From an uncultured Methanosarcinales archaeon (GTDB lineage: Archaea > Nanobdellota > Nanobdellia > Woesearchaeales > GW2011-AR9): 64,000 nucleotides of DNA. This document shows, piece after piece, positions 10,469-19,354 of the stretch. A model generated the notes under the pieces. That model was given only the letters and a program-made list of their open reading frames with translations. It was not told where the DNA came from and did no database searches. The stretch lies in the NCBI GenBank assembly GCA_964460605.1, contig CAYWPT010000001.1, positions 33,548-97,547 on the forward strand. The letters run 5' to 3'. Numbering within the stretch: position 1 is the stretch's first letter; every line of letters begins with the position of its first letter. The translations under genes were made by a program, and so were the position numbers.

Positions 10469-10882
10469 TTACTTCCCTAATGATTGTTTTGTAGTGGCCA
10501 ACGTATTTAGGTAATTTTGAAGTAAATCTACAGAAAGTACTTGAACTTTATAATTGTTTTTACATATCACATAAGATTCTCCTCTTTTGAAGCTGAAAAG
10601 GTCGTTATCTTTCGCATATTTGAGTTCTTTGAGTGATGTAAATACTTCTTGAAATTCCGAAGATTTTTCGGATAATTTAGGCACTGAGGAATCTTTGATT
10701 CCTTGTGCAGAAAATATTTCATTTTCTTGCACTTCAGAGAGGTCCCTACTTGCAGCTTCTAAATGGTTAATTATTTCCAAAAATAACTTCACTTCTTTGA
10801 CTAAAGGATAGGTTTTGTTCAAAAGATAATCAGCATAAGCTAGCCTCTTTTCTATCCTTTCATTAATGGGAAGATCATCCAT
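10469..10882 (-). CDS. hypothetical protein
   Basis: 137-aa ORF with no motif I recognise. Confidence 0.3.
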   Translation of the reverse strand: MDDLPINERIEKRLAYADYLLNKTYPLVKEVKLFLEIINHLEAASRDLSEVQENEIFSAQGIKDSSVPKLSEKSSEFQEVFTSLKELKYAKDNDLFSFKRGESYVICKNNYKVQVLSVDLLQNYLNTLATTKQSLGK

Positions 10883-10926
10883 AGTGCTTAAAATAAGTTA
10901 ATAGATAAAAAGAATTAGGCTATAAA

Positions 10927-11277
10927 TTACTTATTGGAGTTTTGATCAAAATGCATTATTGCTTCTGCTAAATCACCGTTATGTTCCTCGATAGCGGTTT
11001 TAGCTTCTTCTTCGGAAATGTTTGCTTGTTCCATAACAGTTTGCACATCATCTGCTGAGATTTCAGGCCTAGTATCTAATGATCTCTCTTGAGCTTCTCC
11101 TACAATTTGGTAGGTATGTTGACCCATCATATTTACTTTAGAGACTTGAGGGTTTAAAATCACTAATTCTTTGTCTGCAGTCCTAATGATTACTTCAGTA
11201 GCAGGGATTTCTACTTGTTTGATACCCATCTGTTTCATCATTTGTTGAACTTTCTTTTGACTCATTCCTGGAAACAT
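10927..11277 (-). CDS. nac: nascent polypeptide-associated complex protein (NAC alpha: NAC + UBA domains)
   Basis: 'MFPGM...QMMKQMGI' NAC N-terminus and C-terminal UBA-like 'VMEQANISEEEAKTAIEEHNGDLAEAIM'; the track start (GTG at 11286) is likely too long, and the ATG at 11277 fits. Confidence 0.85.
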   Translation of the reverse strand: MFPGMSQKKVQQMMKQMGIKQVEIPATEVIIRTADKELVILNPQVSKVNMMGQHTYQIVGEAQERSLDTRPEISADDVQTVMEQANISEEEAKTAIEEHNGDLAEAIMHFDQNSNK

Positions 11278-11286
11278 TTTTTTCAC

Positions 11287-11460
11287 CTACTGAAGAAAAG
11301 ACCCACCAATGTAATGAAGTAAAATGACTACTACCCCAACAACAATACAAAGAATAACCACAGTATTTGGTGAGAATTTAACCTTTGATACTGAATCTTC
11401 AAAATATCTTGTAAGTCCACCTTGCCCTGAAGGCATGTGAATTCTGTTATCTTTTGCCAT
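11287..11460 (-). CDS. secG: preprotein translocase subunit Sec61beta (SecG), 57 aa; missing from the ORF track
   Basis: I translated 'MAKDNRIHMPSGQGGLTRYFEDSVSKVKFSPNTVVILCIVVGVVVILLHYIGGSFLQ*', which matches the archaeal Sec61beta pattern (MAK...P.S.AGL.RYF.E, then a single C-terminal TM). Confidence 0.7.
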   Translation of the reverse strand: MAKDNRIHMPSGQGGLTRYFEDSVSKVKFSPNTVVILCIVVGVVVILLHYIGGSFLQ

Positions 11461-11534
11461 AATTGCTTAAATTAGTATTCTGTTTATATAACTTTTGGAG
11501 CCTAAAGTTTAAAAATGGGCTTGATTATAAGATA

Positions 11535-11911
11535 GTGTTAGTGGTAGTAGGGAGCTCACGGGCATTTATGTCTGAGGAAAGTCCACCCACCGCGAAAAGT
11601 GACTTTGTGTAAGCAAAGGGAGAGAAATCTCTGGCTCTGGCGAAGAAACGACACGTCCTTTGAAATGGTACTTAGAAATCTATGATCTCTTGTACCCTAG
11701 AAATTTTTAATTTCTAGAGGAATGATAATAATGGCGAAGCTTTTTTCAATGAAAAGCAAGTTAAATTTTTGACGTCTTCAAAGGGATCGATGAAACGGCG
11801 AAACCTCACTGGTGCAAGTCATTGTGACGCATAGTAGAATGCTTCCACAGCTTATCGACAAGTTTTACTTGTTTTGGAGCTGACAGAAGGTGGCTTATGC
11901 TGCCCTAACAC
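11535..11911 (+). ncRNA. rnpB: RNase P RNA (archaeal type)
   Basis: P4 5' strand 'GAGGAAAGTCCACC' at 11574-11587 and P4 3' strand 'ACAGAAGGTGGCTTA' at 11883-11897; P1 pairing 'GTGTTAG' (11535-41) with 'CTAACAC' (11905-11); 'GAAACGGCG' element inside; ORF-free; ends ~376 nt from its start. Confidence 0.75.
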
Positions 11912-11914
11912 TTT

Positions 11915-12586
11915 TTACTTCAATAATCGCAACATTTCTTTTTTGTGCCCTGCACCAACTACAGCCAAGATTGATTCCTCGGGATATTTCTCTCTTAAAG
12001 CTTTCAATTTCTTCACCATATAGACATTTCTATCAGCGATTATCGTCTTATAAATTGATGGATACCTTTTTTCAACATGTTCAATCATTTTGTCAATAAG
12101 TTCATCTTCAGGAACTTTGCTTAAGTCAAAATTCATGTCAAAACCAAGATCACTGACGACTTTTTTACGTCTAAAAACACCATTGAAAATATCAACTACA
12201 AATCTCCATCTCTCTGTCCAAGTTAAACGTTTAGAAAAGTTACGCAAAGTGATTTCAATAGGTTGATCAATGAGCATTATCTTTAATTTGTGTTTATGAG
12301 CAGTAGCTAAAGCCATTTTCATCTCTGAGCCAGGTTTTACACCAACCATCTCGCCGAGTTTCTCTTGTACATACTGTCCAATTTTAGCAAAAATAAATCC
12401 TTTAAGTCCAATGTAACGAATCTCACGCAAGCCAATCTTTCTTTTTTGTTTAGAAGTTAAAGCTCGAGCCCTATTCATATCTAGCTCTACCGCTACAATA
12501 TCTGGTAAATTCTCTTCTATTTCTCGTTTTATCTTACGAACGCTCTCTTTACTGATGTGGGATGTTCCAAGGATTTTTATGATCAT
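11915..12586 (-). CDS. TraB/PrgY/GumN-family protein
   Basis: N-terminus 'IKILGTSHISKESV..I...I.E..PDIVAVELD' and C-terminal 'VVGAGH' are typical of the TraB family. Confidence 0.65.
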   Translation of the reverse strand: MIIKILGTSHISKESVRKIKREIEENLPDIVAVELDMNRARALTSKQKRKIGLREIRYIGLKGFIFAKIGQYVQEKLGEMVGVKPGSEMKMALATAHKHKLKIMLIDQPIEITLRNFSKRLTWTERWRFVVDIFNGVFRRKKVVSDLGFDMNFDLSKVPEDELIDKMIEHVEKRYPSIYKTIIADRNVYMVKKLKALREKYPEESILAVVGAGHKKEMLRLLK

Positions 12587-12645
12587 TTGAGCTTAAATCA
12601 TGGAAAACTATATAAAGCTACTTCCCTTTTCTTTTTGCTGGTGAG

Positions 12646-12927
12646 GTGGAGTATATGCTAAAAATGAAAAAAATATCCCATACCTATGACTTAAAAGTCT
12701 TTACAGATAATGGGGAATATTTCGGTGACATAGAGGATAGTATCATCCAAGGAAACAGAGTGTTTGGTTGGAAAATTAAATCTACTAAAAACTCATTCTT
12801 AAGCAAAATTTTAGGAAATGCAAAAGGAGTGATTGTCCCACATCAATTAGTGAAAGCTGTTGGTGATATCTTAATTATTTCAAAAACAGCAATTCCAACA
12901 GGAAATAGAGATGCTGGTGAGGAATAA
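12646..12927 (+). CDS. PRC-barrel domain protein (possible CdpB-like)
   Basis: 93 aa with a 'dG...G.I.D......v.G..I......GVIVP...V..VGD.I.I' PRC-barrel-like pattern. Confidence 0.45.
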   Translation: MEYMLKMKKISHTYDLKVFTDNGEYFGDIEDSIIQGNRVFGWKIKSTKNSFLSKILGNAKGVIVPHQLVKAVGDILIISKTAIPTGNRDAGEE

Positions 12928-13023
12928 GAAAAAATGAAATTTTGCTATGAAAAGTGTTATAAAGATTTGTTGCAGTTTAATATGCTACAAGGCAACATTG
13001 GTGAAGAAGAATTACCTTTTCGT

Positions 13024-13443
13024 TTAGCTGCCTAGATTTTTTTTAAACATCTTTATTTCTTTTTTTGAATTAAAATGAAGAACATGTTTCTGATTTTCAC
13101 TTACAATATAAGCACCAAGTAAATGATGATCAAAAGAACTTTTCTTGACATCCTTTAAATAAACTTTTTCTTTTTTAACTTTACCATTAAGATTTTTGTG
13201 TATATGTAAATGGCTACCCTTGATGTGATAAGCTTCTTCAAATATAAATATCTTTTCGACAAATGCTCTTACAATCAAATACAAAGCCAAGAAACTTAAA
13301 ACAACAAGAAGTGCAGGGAATACTTCTCTTTGAAAATATAAAAGCATTAGAAAGAAGATTAATAGTGATAATAATAAAACAATATATTCCTCTAAAATTC
13401 TCATTGGATTATCTTTGTGAGATATCTTCCAGGAATAAGCCAT
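13024..13443 (-). CDS. membrane protein with bacterial-PH (bPH_2/YdbT-like) domain
   Basis: two N-terminal TMs followed by a ~80-aa beta-rich domain. Confidence 0.4.
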   Translation of the reverse strand: MAYSWKISHKDNPMRILEEYIVLLLSLLIFFLMLLYFQREVFPALLVVLSFLALYLIVRAFVEKIFIFEEAYHIKGSHLHIHKNLNGKVKKEKVYLKDVKKSSFDHHLLGAYIVSENQKHVLHFNSKKEIKMFKKNLGS

Positions 13444-13447
13444 TCGC

Positions 13448-13843
13448 TTACCTCCTAACTACTCTAATTGGTGCTTTAGCCATACTAATTAAAGCCGCAA
13501 AGAACATTAACAAGAATGCCAGTAAGAATGCCATCCCAAATTTAAGACTTTGAGGGAACACCCAATAAATAGTAATCAAAAGTCCAAGAATTGCAGTTAA
13601 CATGAAGCTAGTTGGTAATTGTACTGCTTGCCAATCTGTAAATACTTTTCTTGTATCTCTTCTTTGACGATGGGCTGCTTTTTTCAAACTGCTTTTCCTT
13701 CTTGTAGCTTTTCTCTTAATCAGAGATTTTCTTTTAGCAGTTTTCTTCTTGGCAACTTTTCTTTTAGAAGAAGATTTTCTTTTAGTTGTCCTTTTTTTAG
13801 AAGCACTTTTTCTACTAAATTTCTTAGCTTTACGTTTAGCCAT
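13448..13843 (-). CDS. membrane protein with histone-H1-like K/R/S/T-rich N-terminal tail
   Basis: N-terminal ~65 aa is almost pure K/R/S/T/A ('KRKAKKFSRKSASKKRTTKRKSSSKRKVAKKKTAKRKS...') and is followed by two TM helices. Confidence 0.4.
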   Translation of the reverse strand: MAKRKAKKFSRKSASKKRTTKRKSSSKRKVAKKKTAKRKSLIKRKATRRKSSLKKAAHRQRRDTRKVFTDWQAVQLPTSFMLTAILGLLITIYWVFPQSLKFGMAFLLAFLLMFFAALISMAKAPIRVVRR

Positions 13844-13915
13844 TTTATACCTTTATTTTTAAAATAGGCACTGAAAATCTTTGATTTTCATTAGCCATAC
13901 TGGAATGATTATTTT

Positions 13916-15019
13916 TCAGTATAAAAACTTATCGACTTGTTTAGCTGCTTTTGCACGTTTCTTTTGGTGCTGATCCAAAAATGTGTTTATTTGTTCAATA
14001 AGAATAGCTTTTAATTCACCAGACAATAACTTTCCTTTTTTGTAATCATCATGAATATTTTTTAACTTTTTATCATCTTCTTCAAAATAACGTAACCATT
14101 GGTAAGCAATATCAATATCTGGGTTTCCTCCTTTCTTTCTATGTTCTTCTACAGTTACTTGTCCACCGGAGAAAGCATACTTATTGATTTTCTTTTTCAC
14201 AGTTTTAGCATTATCTGTTGTTAAGATTGCTTGATGCGCAGTGCTTGAGCTCATTTTTCCTTTCATACCAACTAAAGGTGGCATAAATTTAGAATGTAAA
14301 ATCGCAGGTTTATGGTGACCTAATTTTTCAATAACATCTCTACTAATTCTAAAGTGCGGATCTTGATCTACTCCAAGTGGGATTAAACAAGGTTGTTTTT
14401 TCCCTGAGATTACATTTGGTAAAAATGCAGGAACTGTTTGCATTGCAGTATAAAAAATACTTCCAATGTTATTTGAATCTTTAAAACCAAAAGCTGATTT
14501 AACTGTTGAAAAAGTGATTTTTTTTGCGACCTTAATAGCTTCAGGATAAAGTAAATTTGCATGCTTAGTATCTACAATAAAATGTGTTTTTTTAGGGTTA
14601 AAACCTAGAGCGATTACATCAAGCATATTTTCGTGTAACCATTTTTGAATCTCACCATAAGACTTATTTTTGAATAAGAATTTTTCATCATCAGTAAATT
14701 GGAACCATACATCTACGTCAAACTTTTCTTGAAGCCATTGAGTAAATCTCCAAGTTCCGATATGCCCAAGATGAATTGGTCCTGAAGGTCCACAACCAGT
14801 GTATAGAAAGAATTTGTTGCCTTTTTCATATTCATCTAAAAGCCATTTAATGTCTCTATGTGCAAAAAAAATACCTCGTCTGAGATAAGGGTGTACTTCA
14901 CCTGCAATCTTCTTTATTCTCTTTAAATCAGAAGGAGTGAGTTTTTTTATTCCGAAGTCTTTTATGAGCTTATCATAATCAACATTCCCTTCAACCTCAT
15001 AAGGATTCACCTTTGCCAC
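13916..15019 (-). CDS. trpS: tryptophanyl-tRNA synthetase (archaeal/eukaryotic type)
   Basis: 'YTGCGPSGPIHLGHIGTWRFTQWLQEKFDVDVWFQFTDDEKF' aligns with the eukaryotic TrpRS HIGH region; 'KMSSS' KMSKS-type motif. Confidence 0.9.
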   Translation of the reverse strand: MAKVNPYEVEGNVDYDKLIKDFGIKKLTPSDLKRIKKIAGEVHPYLRRGIFFAHRDIKWLLDEYEKGNKFFLYTGCGPSGPIHLGHIGTWRFTQWLQEKFDVDVWFQFTDDEKFLFKNKSYGEIQKWLHENMLDVIALGFNPKKTHFIVDTKHANLLYPEAIKVAKKITFSTVKSAFGFKDSNNIGSIFYTAMQTVPAFLPNVISGKKQPCLIPLGVDQDPHFRISRDVIEKLGHHKPAILHSKFMPPLVGMKGKMSSSTAHQAILTTDNAKTVKKKINKYAFSGGQVTVEEHRKKGGNPDIDIAYQWLRYFEEDDKKLKNIHDDYKKGKLLSGELKAILIEQINTFLDQHQKKRAKAAKQVDKFLY

Positions 15020-15124
15020 AGTAATACTTATAAAATGACCTTTATATTTCTATCGATATTGAGCAAAATCAGGAGTGGAGAGGGGGTTTAAGCCCTATCA
15101 CTAATTAGTAACAAAAGGGAGAGA

Positions 15125-15140
15125 GGATTTATAAATAGGT
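15125..15140 (+). promoter_or_regulatory. TATA box 'TTTATAAATA' ~25 nt upstream of the ATG at 15157 (near-leaderless archaeal promoter)
   Basis: seen directly in the sequence; spacing fits archaeal BRE/TATA to TSS. Confidence 0.4.
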
Positions 15141-15156
15141 GTTATATTGAGATACT

Positions 15157-16293
15157 ATGGTAGCTAGAGAGGTAAATAGTGGTACAAATTCTAACAGATC
15201 ATTGGATTCAGTTACAAAAGGCCCATACAAAGTAATGCATTATTCAGACACACATAATGTAAATAGAATTAAAGAAGCTGTAGGCACAGCCCTAGCATAT
15301 AATAAACAAGAAGGTTTAGATGCATTTTTCCATACAGGCGATTTTATAGAGGGAACTGTTGGTGAAGGTGGCCTAGTTGACAGAGTTTTATCAAATACAA
15401 TTAAAGATAATATCAAAAGTGCAGCAGTTGAACTTTCTCAAAGCTATGATGGGGCTGAGACAGAAGATATAATGAAAGCTGCTCAAAAATATGGGTTAGC
15501 AAAAACTGCAGAAGAATTGGACATCACAAAAATAGTTAATGAAATTAAAGCTGAATATCATGATAATGCTAAAGAACTAAATAAATTAGTAAAAGAAGGG
15601 GTAAAAGTATGTGTAACTTTAGGAAACCATGATTTTAAACTAGCAGTAGATATTTTTTCTCAATACGGTATTGAAGTTGTAGATTATAATAAAGGAACAA
15701 AATTAGGAGATTTAACAATTAAGGGCGTTACTAATACTTATGAAATGCCAGCACTACAACAAATTATGCGTGGTGCTATGGAAATACAAAAAACATATGA
15801 AGACACATATAAAGACATTTTTATTAATTATAATGCAGGACACAGTCTAAGCGAATTGAAAGAAAATGCTAAAAAAGGAGAAAAAAGTCCAGATTTAGAA
15901 ACTATGATTGCAGAACTTGAAGTAAATGAAACTAAAGAGAGAGAACGTCTTGGAGAATTAAATGCAGATATCTTACTAACTCATAAACTTCCAAAAAATC
16001 AACACGGAACAAATGATATTGTAAAAAATATTGAAGCAAGAACCATTCTTGGCGGACATATTCATCAACCTGAAAGATATAAAAATAAAAAAGACCCTAG
16101 TATTGTTGAATTAAATCCCGGAAACACAGGCGGGTATCTTTTAGAGATTGATGCTAAAACAGGTCATGTAAATCAAGATAAAATTGGATACATTCCTTTC
16201 CAAGATTATGCAAAAGAAATGAAAAAAGAACAAGCAGCAAATAATAATAACAATTATGCTAAGGAAAAAAAAGTAACTAAAAAAGAAGCATAG
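15157..16293 (+). CDS. calcineurin-like metallophosphoesterase
   Basis: 'HYSDTH', 'GDFIEG', 'TLGNHD', 'GGHIH' phosphoesterase motifs; low-complexity K/N-rich C-terminus. Confidence 0.7.
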   Translation: MVAREVNSGTNSNRSLDSVTKGPYKVMHYSDTHNVNRIKEAVGTALAYNKQEGLDAFFHTGDFIEGTVGEGGLVDRVLSNTIKDNIKSAAVELSQSYDGAETEDIMKAAQKYGLAKTAEELDITKIVNEIKAEYHDNAKELNKLVKEGVKVCVTLGNHDFKLAVDIFSQYGIEVVDYNKGTKLGDLTIKGVTNTYEMPALQQIMRGAMEIQKTYEDTYKDIFINYNAGHSLSELKENAKKGEKSPDLETMIAELEVNETKERERLGELNADILLTHKLPKNQHGTNDIVKNIEARTILGGHIHQPERYKNKKDPSIVELNPGNTGGYLLEIDAKTGHVNQDKIGYIPFQDYAKEMKKEQAANNNNNYAKEKKVTKKEA

Positions 16294-17409
16294 CTAAAGA
16301 TCAATAGTAATCTTTTTACTCTTCAAATCAATACCCTTAATTTTACTTTCTTTTTTCAATTCTGTCTTAATCTCTTGCCATTCTTTACTTTTACGCATCT
16401 TTTTAACTATATCTAATAATTGTTGAAGCTGAGCATAGTTCTCATATACTTTTTCTCCTTTTTCTGTATTAAGTTTAATCTTATCTTCAATCAATTGGAT
16501 GGATTCCTTTTGTTGTTCAATAATTTTCTTAGCATTGGCTATTTTCTGATCATAAGGGGATTGTTTTTCAAAAGGATCAACAGTATCTAAAGCATCATTG
16601 TAAGTCTCACACATCTGGTTTACTTCTTTTCCCTCTAATAAAACAGGGGACATACTCTCATCACTAAAAATGAAACCTTTAGTACCACTTAGAGATTTTA
16701 CTAATTCGTGCAATGATTCGTGTAATGCTTTAATCTCTTTTTCTTGCACTTCAGCTATCTCTTTTTTGGGGTAGACATCAGCTTTTGCGCAAATTTGTTC
16801 AGCGAAGATCCCACCTAAACTCAATTCAGTTGCAAGACATGTAGCTAAATTTCTCTTCTCACTTTTAGTAATAATTTCTTTTAATTGTTCCAAGCTTGTC
16901 TCTTTCCAATTAAATCCTGCAGGTGGCAATTCATATTTTTCCCTAGCTTTAATAGTTCTAGATTCCCAAATTTGATTGCCTAAGGTCCCAATAATTTCCC
17001 AATCACCATCTGTAATCAACAAATTCCCTTTTGAAAAAAATTCTACAACTAAATTATAAATTCTAACATGCCGTATATTATTTTCATAATAAGCAGTCTC
17101 TAAAACAAAATACATAATTCTTTCTGAATCAATTTGTTTGATTTCTCGAATAAATGCCCCATTGAGATATTTTCTCAGTTGCATACAAAAACCACTTGGT
17201 CTAAGCACTGATTTTTTATCTTTTGTAATATTAAGAAATTTTCCAGGAATAATTCTCAAAAGTCCCTTGCCTTTTCCTCTAGCATAGTACTGGATAATTA
17301 ACTCACCCTTATCTGGATGATAAATTTGTGAGATTTTCCCATCTACTAAGAATTGTAACTCGTTTACTAGTGCTGCGAGTTCTACAGAAGAGATTGCTTT
17401 TTTTGCCAT
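16294..17409 (-). CDS. NFACT-N (FbpA/Rqc2/NEMF-like) domain protein, short form
   Basis: N-terminus 'SVELAALVNELQFLVDGKISQIYHPDKGELIIQY' is typical NFACT-N; at 371 aa it has no DUF814/NFACT-R region. Confidence 0.55.
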   Translation of the reverse strand: MAKKAISSVELAALVNELQFLVDGKISQIYHPDKGELIIQYYARGKGKGLLRIIPGKFLNITKDKKSVLRPSGFCMQLRKYLNGAFIREIKQIDSERIMYFVLETAYYENNIRHVRIYNLVVEFFSKGNLLITDGDWEIIGTLGNQIWESRTIKAREKYELPPAGFNWKETSLEQLKEIITKSEKRNLATCLATELSLGGIFAEQICAKADVYPKKEIAEVQEKEIKALHESLHELVKSLSGTKGFIFSDESMSPVLLEGKEVNQMCETYNDALDTVDPFEKQSPYDQKIANAKKIIEQQKESIQLIEDKIKLNTEKGEKVYENYAQLQQLLDIVKKMRKSKEWQEIKTELKKESKIKGIDLKSKKITIDL

Positions 17410-17455
17410 ATTCTAAAGAGTATGTATGTATTTAATAAACTTATCAGAAAATAAG

Positions 17456-17527
17456 AGCGCCTACCCGGATTCGAACCGGGGATACCCGCTTTGCAGGCGG
17501 GTGCCTTAACCACTTGACTATAGACGC
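17456..17527 (-). tRNA. tRNA-Cys (GCA)
   Basis: cloverleaf folded manually: acceptor GCGTCTA/TAGGCGC, anticodon stem CCCGC/GCGGG with loop CTGCAAA, T-arm CCCGG-TTCGAAT-CCGGG; 72 nt, no intron, no encoded CCA. Confidence 0.85.
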
Positions 17528-18192
17528 AGATAATAAAGCCTCTCTGGAAGAGATGTTCTAGGCATATAATATCCTAATTTCTTCCATAACAGATATTTAG
17601 TTCTGTTCTTAAGACTACTAAAGCCTATTTCTTTAATCCACTTATTTAAACTTTTCTCGCCACTCATGTAAATTACCAAAGAACCCCTATTTTTACGAGC
17701 ATGCACATTAAAACCATTTTTCTTAAGAATACTTACTAATTGTTGAGCTAAAGACTCACTAACAGTAGAGAATTCAAGTCTTGGATATGAGGGATATTTA
17801 ATATTTTTTTATTTTGAAAAATAAAGACTTCCATCAGTTTCAAAAATACCCCTAATAATATGTTTACTCTTTTCCCAATCTGTTAACTCATCTTTAATAT
17901 AAGTGTTATAAGTTTTATTTCTTTTTATCCCATACCCCTTAAGAGATTTGACTAATTCTTTATTGTATACTTTAAGTTTAATAGAATTGCCACTTTTATC
18001 TTTTCTAACAAAAATCCTTGGCTTGATATTAAACTCCTTTTCCATAAAATCTCCAAGTCTATCATAATAATCTGTTTCTTCTATATAATTTCCAGTGATT
18101 TCTATGCCATAAATTCCATGTTTGGGATAATCTAACAAATAGCCATCACCCATCATCACTCCTATGAATTCATATAAGTTAATTTCAGACAT
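17518..18192 (-). pseudogene. double-motif LAGLIDADG homing endonuclease interrupted by one in-frame TAA (17809-17811)
   Basis: motif 1 'IGVMMGDGYL' and motif 2 'RGIFETDGSLYF'; track ORFs 17809-18192 and 17518-17706 are in the same frame and separated only by the TAA; the joined product is ~224 aa with a typical C-terminal 'GSLVIYMSGEKSLNKWIKEIGF'. Confidence 0.7.
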
Positions 18193-18268
18193 ATTTAATC
18201 ATAAAAATAGAAGTTAATAAACTCTGTCCGCACCTGTCCAGTAGACCAGTTAGATTAAAAGAAAAAAG

Positions 18269-18381
18269 TGAGCCTAGTGGGATTCGAACCCACGGTCCCC
18301 GGCTCGCTTCGTAAGAAGTGTCCAGAAGGAACACTTCTCGTATAGAAGGCCGGTGCCCTATCCAGACTAGGCTATAGGCTC
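18269..18381 (-). tRNA. tRNA-Arg (TCT) with 38-nt canonical intron (37/38)
   Basis: acceptor GAGCCTA/TAGGCTC, D-stem GCCT/GGGC, anticodon stem CCGGC/GCCGG, loop C-T-TCT-A then 38-nt insert with internal helix (AGAAGTGT/ACACTTCT) consistent with a BHB intron, T-arm GTGGG-TTCGAAT-CCCAC. Confidence 0.8.
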
Positions 18382-18429
18382 GTGTAGTGAACTCAAACTA
18401 GAATTGACTTTTAAACGTTTCTATATAAA

Positions 18430-19354
18430 TGGTCTGTCCAGAAAGGAATAAAAGTGTATACTGACTTTCGTCAGTTATGACACAAACAAAAATACAGCAT
18501 ACACCAAAGCATAGCTTTCTGACTGAATTAATAAATCTTTACCATGAAATGGACTTCCCATTACATGACAACGACCTCGGTCCCAGAATTTACTCAGAGT
18601 TTCATAAATTCTCATTGGTCGTCTTGTTCAGACGATCAAAGAAAGTTCTGCGTGATTTTATCGCAGAGCTTTATGAGACAAAATGGCCTTCTTGGCTTGA
18701 TTTACGCCAAATTCCAAGTAAAAGTGTTCTTCATAACTGGTGCAAAAAGTACACTGTTGAGTTCTTGCGTGAGCTCAACAGAACTTTTCTTTTAAAAAAA
18801 AAAGTCCAAAATTAATGGCAATTGATGCTACAGGAGTAGATGCACATATACGAAGTAGGCATTATGAGAAGAGAATCAAAGAAAAAGCCAAATTCAACAA
18901 ATTGACCATTTTTATTGATGTAGAAAATATGCTCATTTATGATCATGTCTTGCAAATGATACCAAGACATGATGTTAAAGCTACGGAGACAATATTCCGT
19001 AGAACACACCTTCGTAAGATAAAATCTCTGGGTGATAAAGGATATGATAGTGAGCCACTTCATGAAGTGGCTCTAAGTAGGCAGAATACTTTGTTTGCAC
19101 CAGTTAGAAAAAGCTCACGAGCTAACCCAAAAGGTTGGAATAGAAGAAGATGTGCTCAAGGAGATGAGGATTATAACAAAAGAGCACATGTGGAAAGCTG
19201 TATCCACAGCTTAAAGAGAAGGAGAATACCAATTCTACGTAGTAAGCTCCACTATATGAAGAAAAGAGAAATGGCTCTTCAGATACTCATTCACAATATT
19301 GAGAAAATGAAGAACATACTGAGAATGATGTTCTACATCATTCTGGACAGACCA
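18430..19354 (+). mobile_element. insertion sequence (~0.92 kb) with 14-bp terminal inverted repeats and two-ORF transposase (IS5-family IS427-like or IS1-like organisation)
   Basis: IRL TGGTCTGTCCAGAA (18430-18443) and IRR TTCTGGACAGACCA (19341-19354) form a perfect inverted repeat; orfA/orfB overlap after an A10 run; 'GDKGYDS' DDE-type motif in orfB. Confidence 0.7.
18477..18815 (+). CDS. IS transposase OrfA (N-terminal DNA-binding part)
   Basis: 112 aa, ends TAA at 18813-15 just after the slippery A10 run (18794-18803). Confidence 0.6.
   Translation: MTQTKIQHTPKHSFLTELINLYHEMDFPLHDNDLGPRIYSEFHKFSLVVLFRRSKKVLRDFIAELYETKWPSWLDLRQIPSKSVLHNWCKKYTVEFLRELNRTFLLKKKVQN

Noticed and set aside
11890-12099. 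ORF 11890-12099 (+)
   Set aside because: It overlaps the 3' end of the RNase P RNA and is antisense to the TraB-like gene; no coding signal
17809-17811. Possibility that the in-frame TAA in the LAGLIDADG gene reflects an alternative genetic code or a TAA-suppressor tRNA
   Set aside because: All other long genes in the window terminate normally with TAA/TAG/TGA at expected lengths; the alternative fold of the tRNA-Pro candidate that would give a UUA anticodon leaves no variable loop and a 4-bp T-stem, so it is not credible
18224-18250. Possible solo IS inverted-repeat remnant ('CCTGTCCAGTAGACC') next to tRNA-Arg
   Set aside because: Only 8 contiguous matching bases (CTGTCCAG) to the IS terminus, which is too short to distinguish from chance
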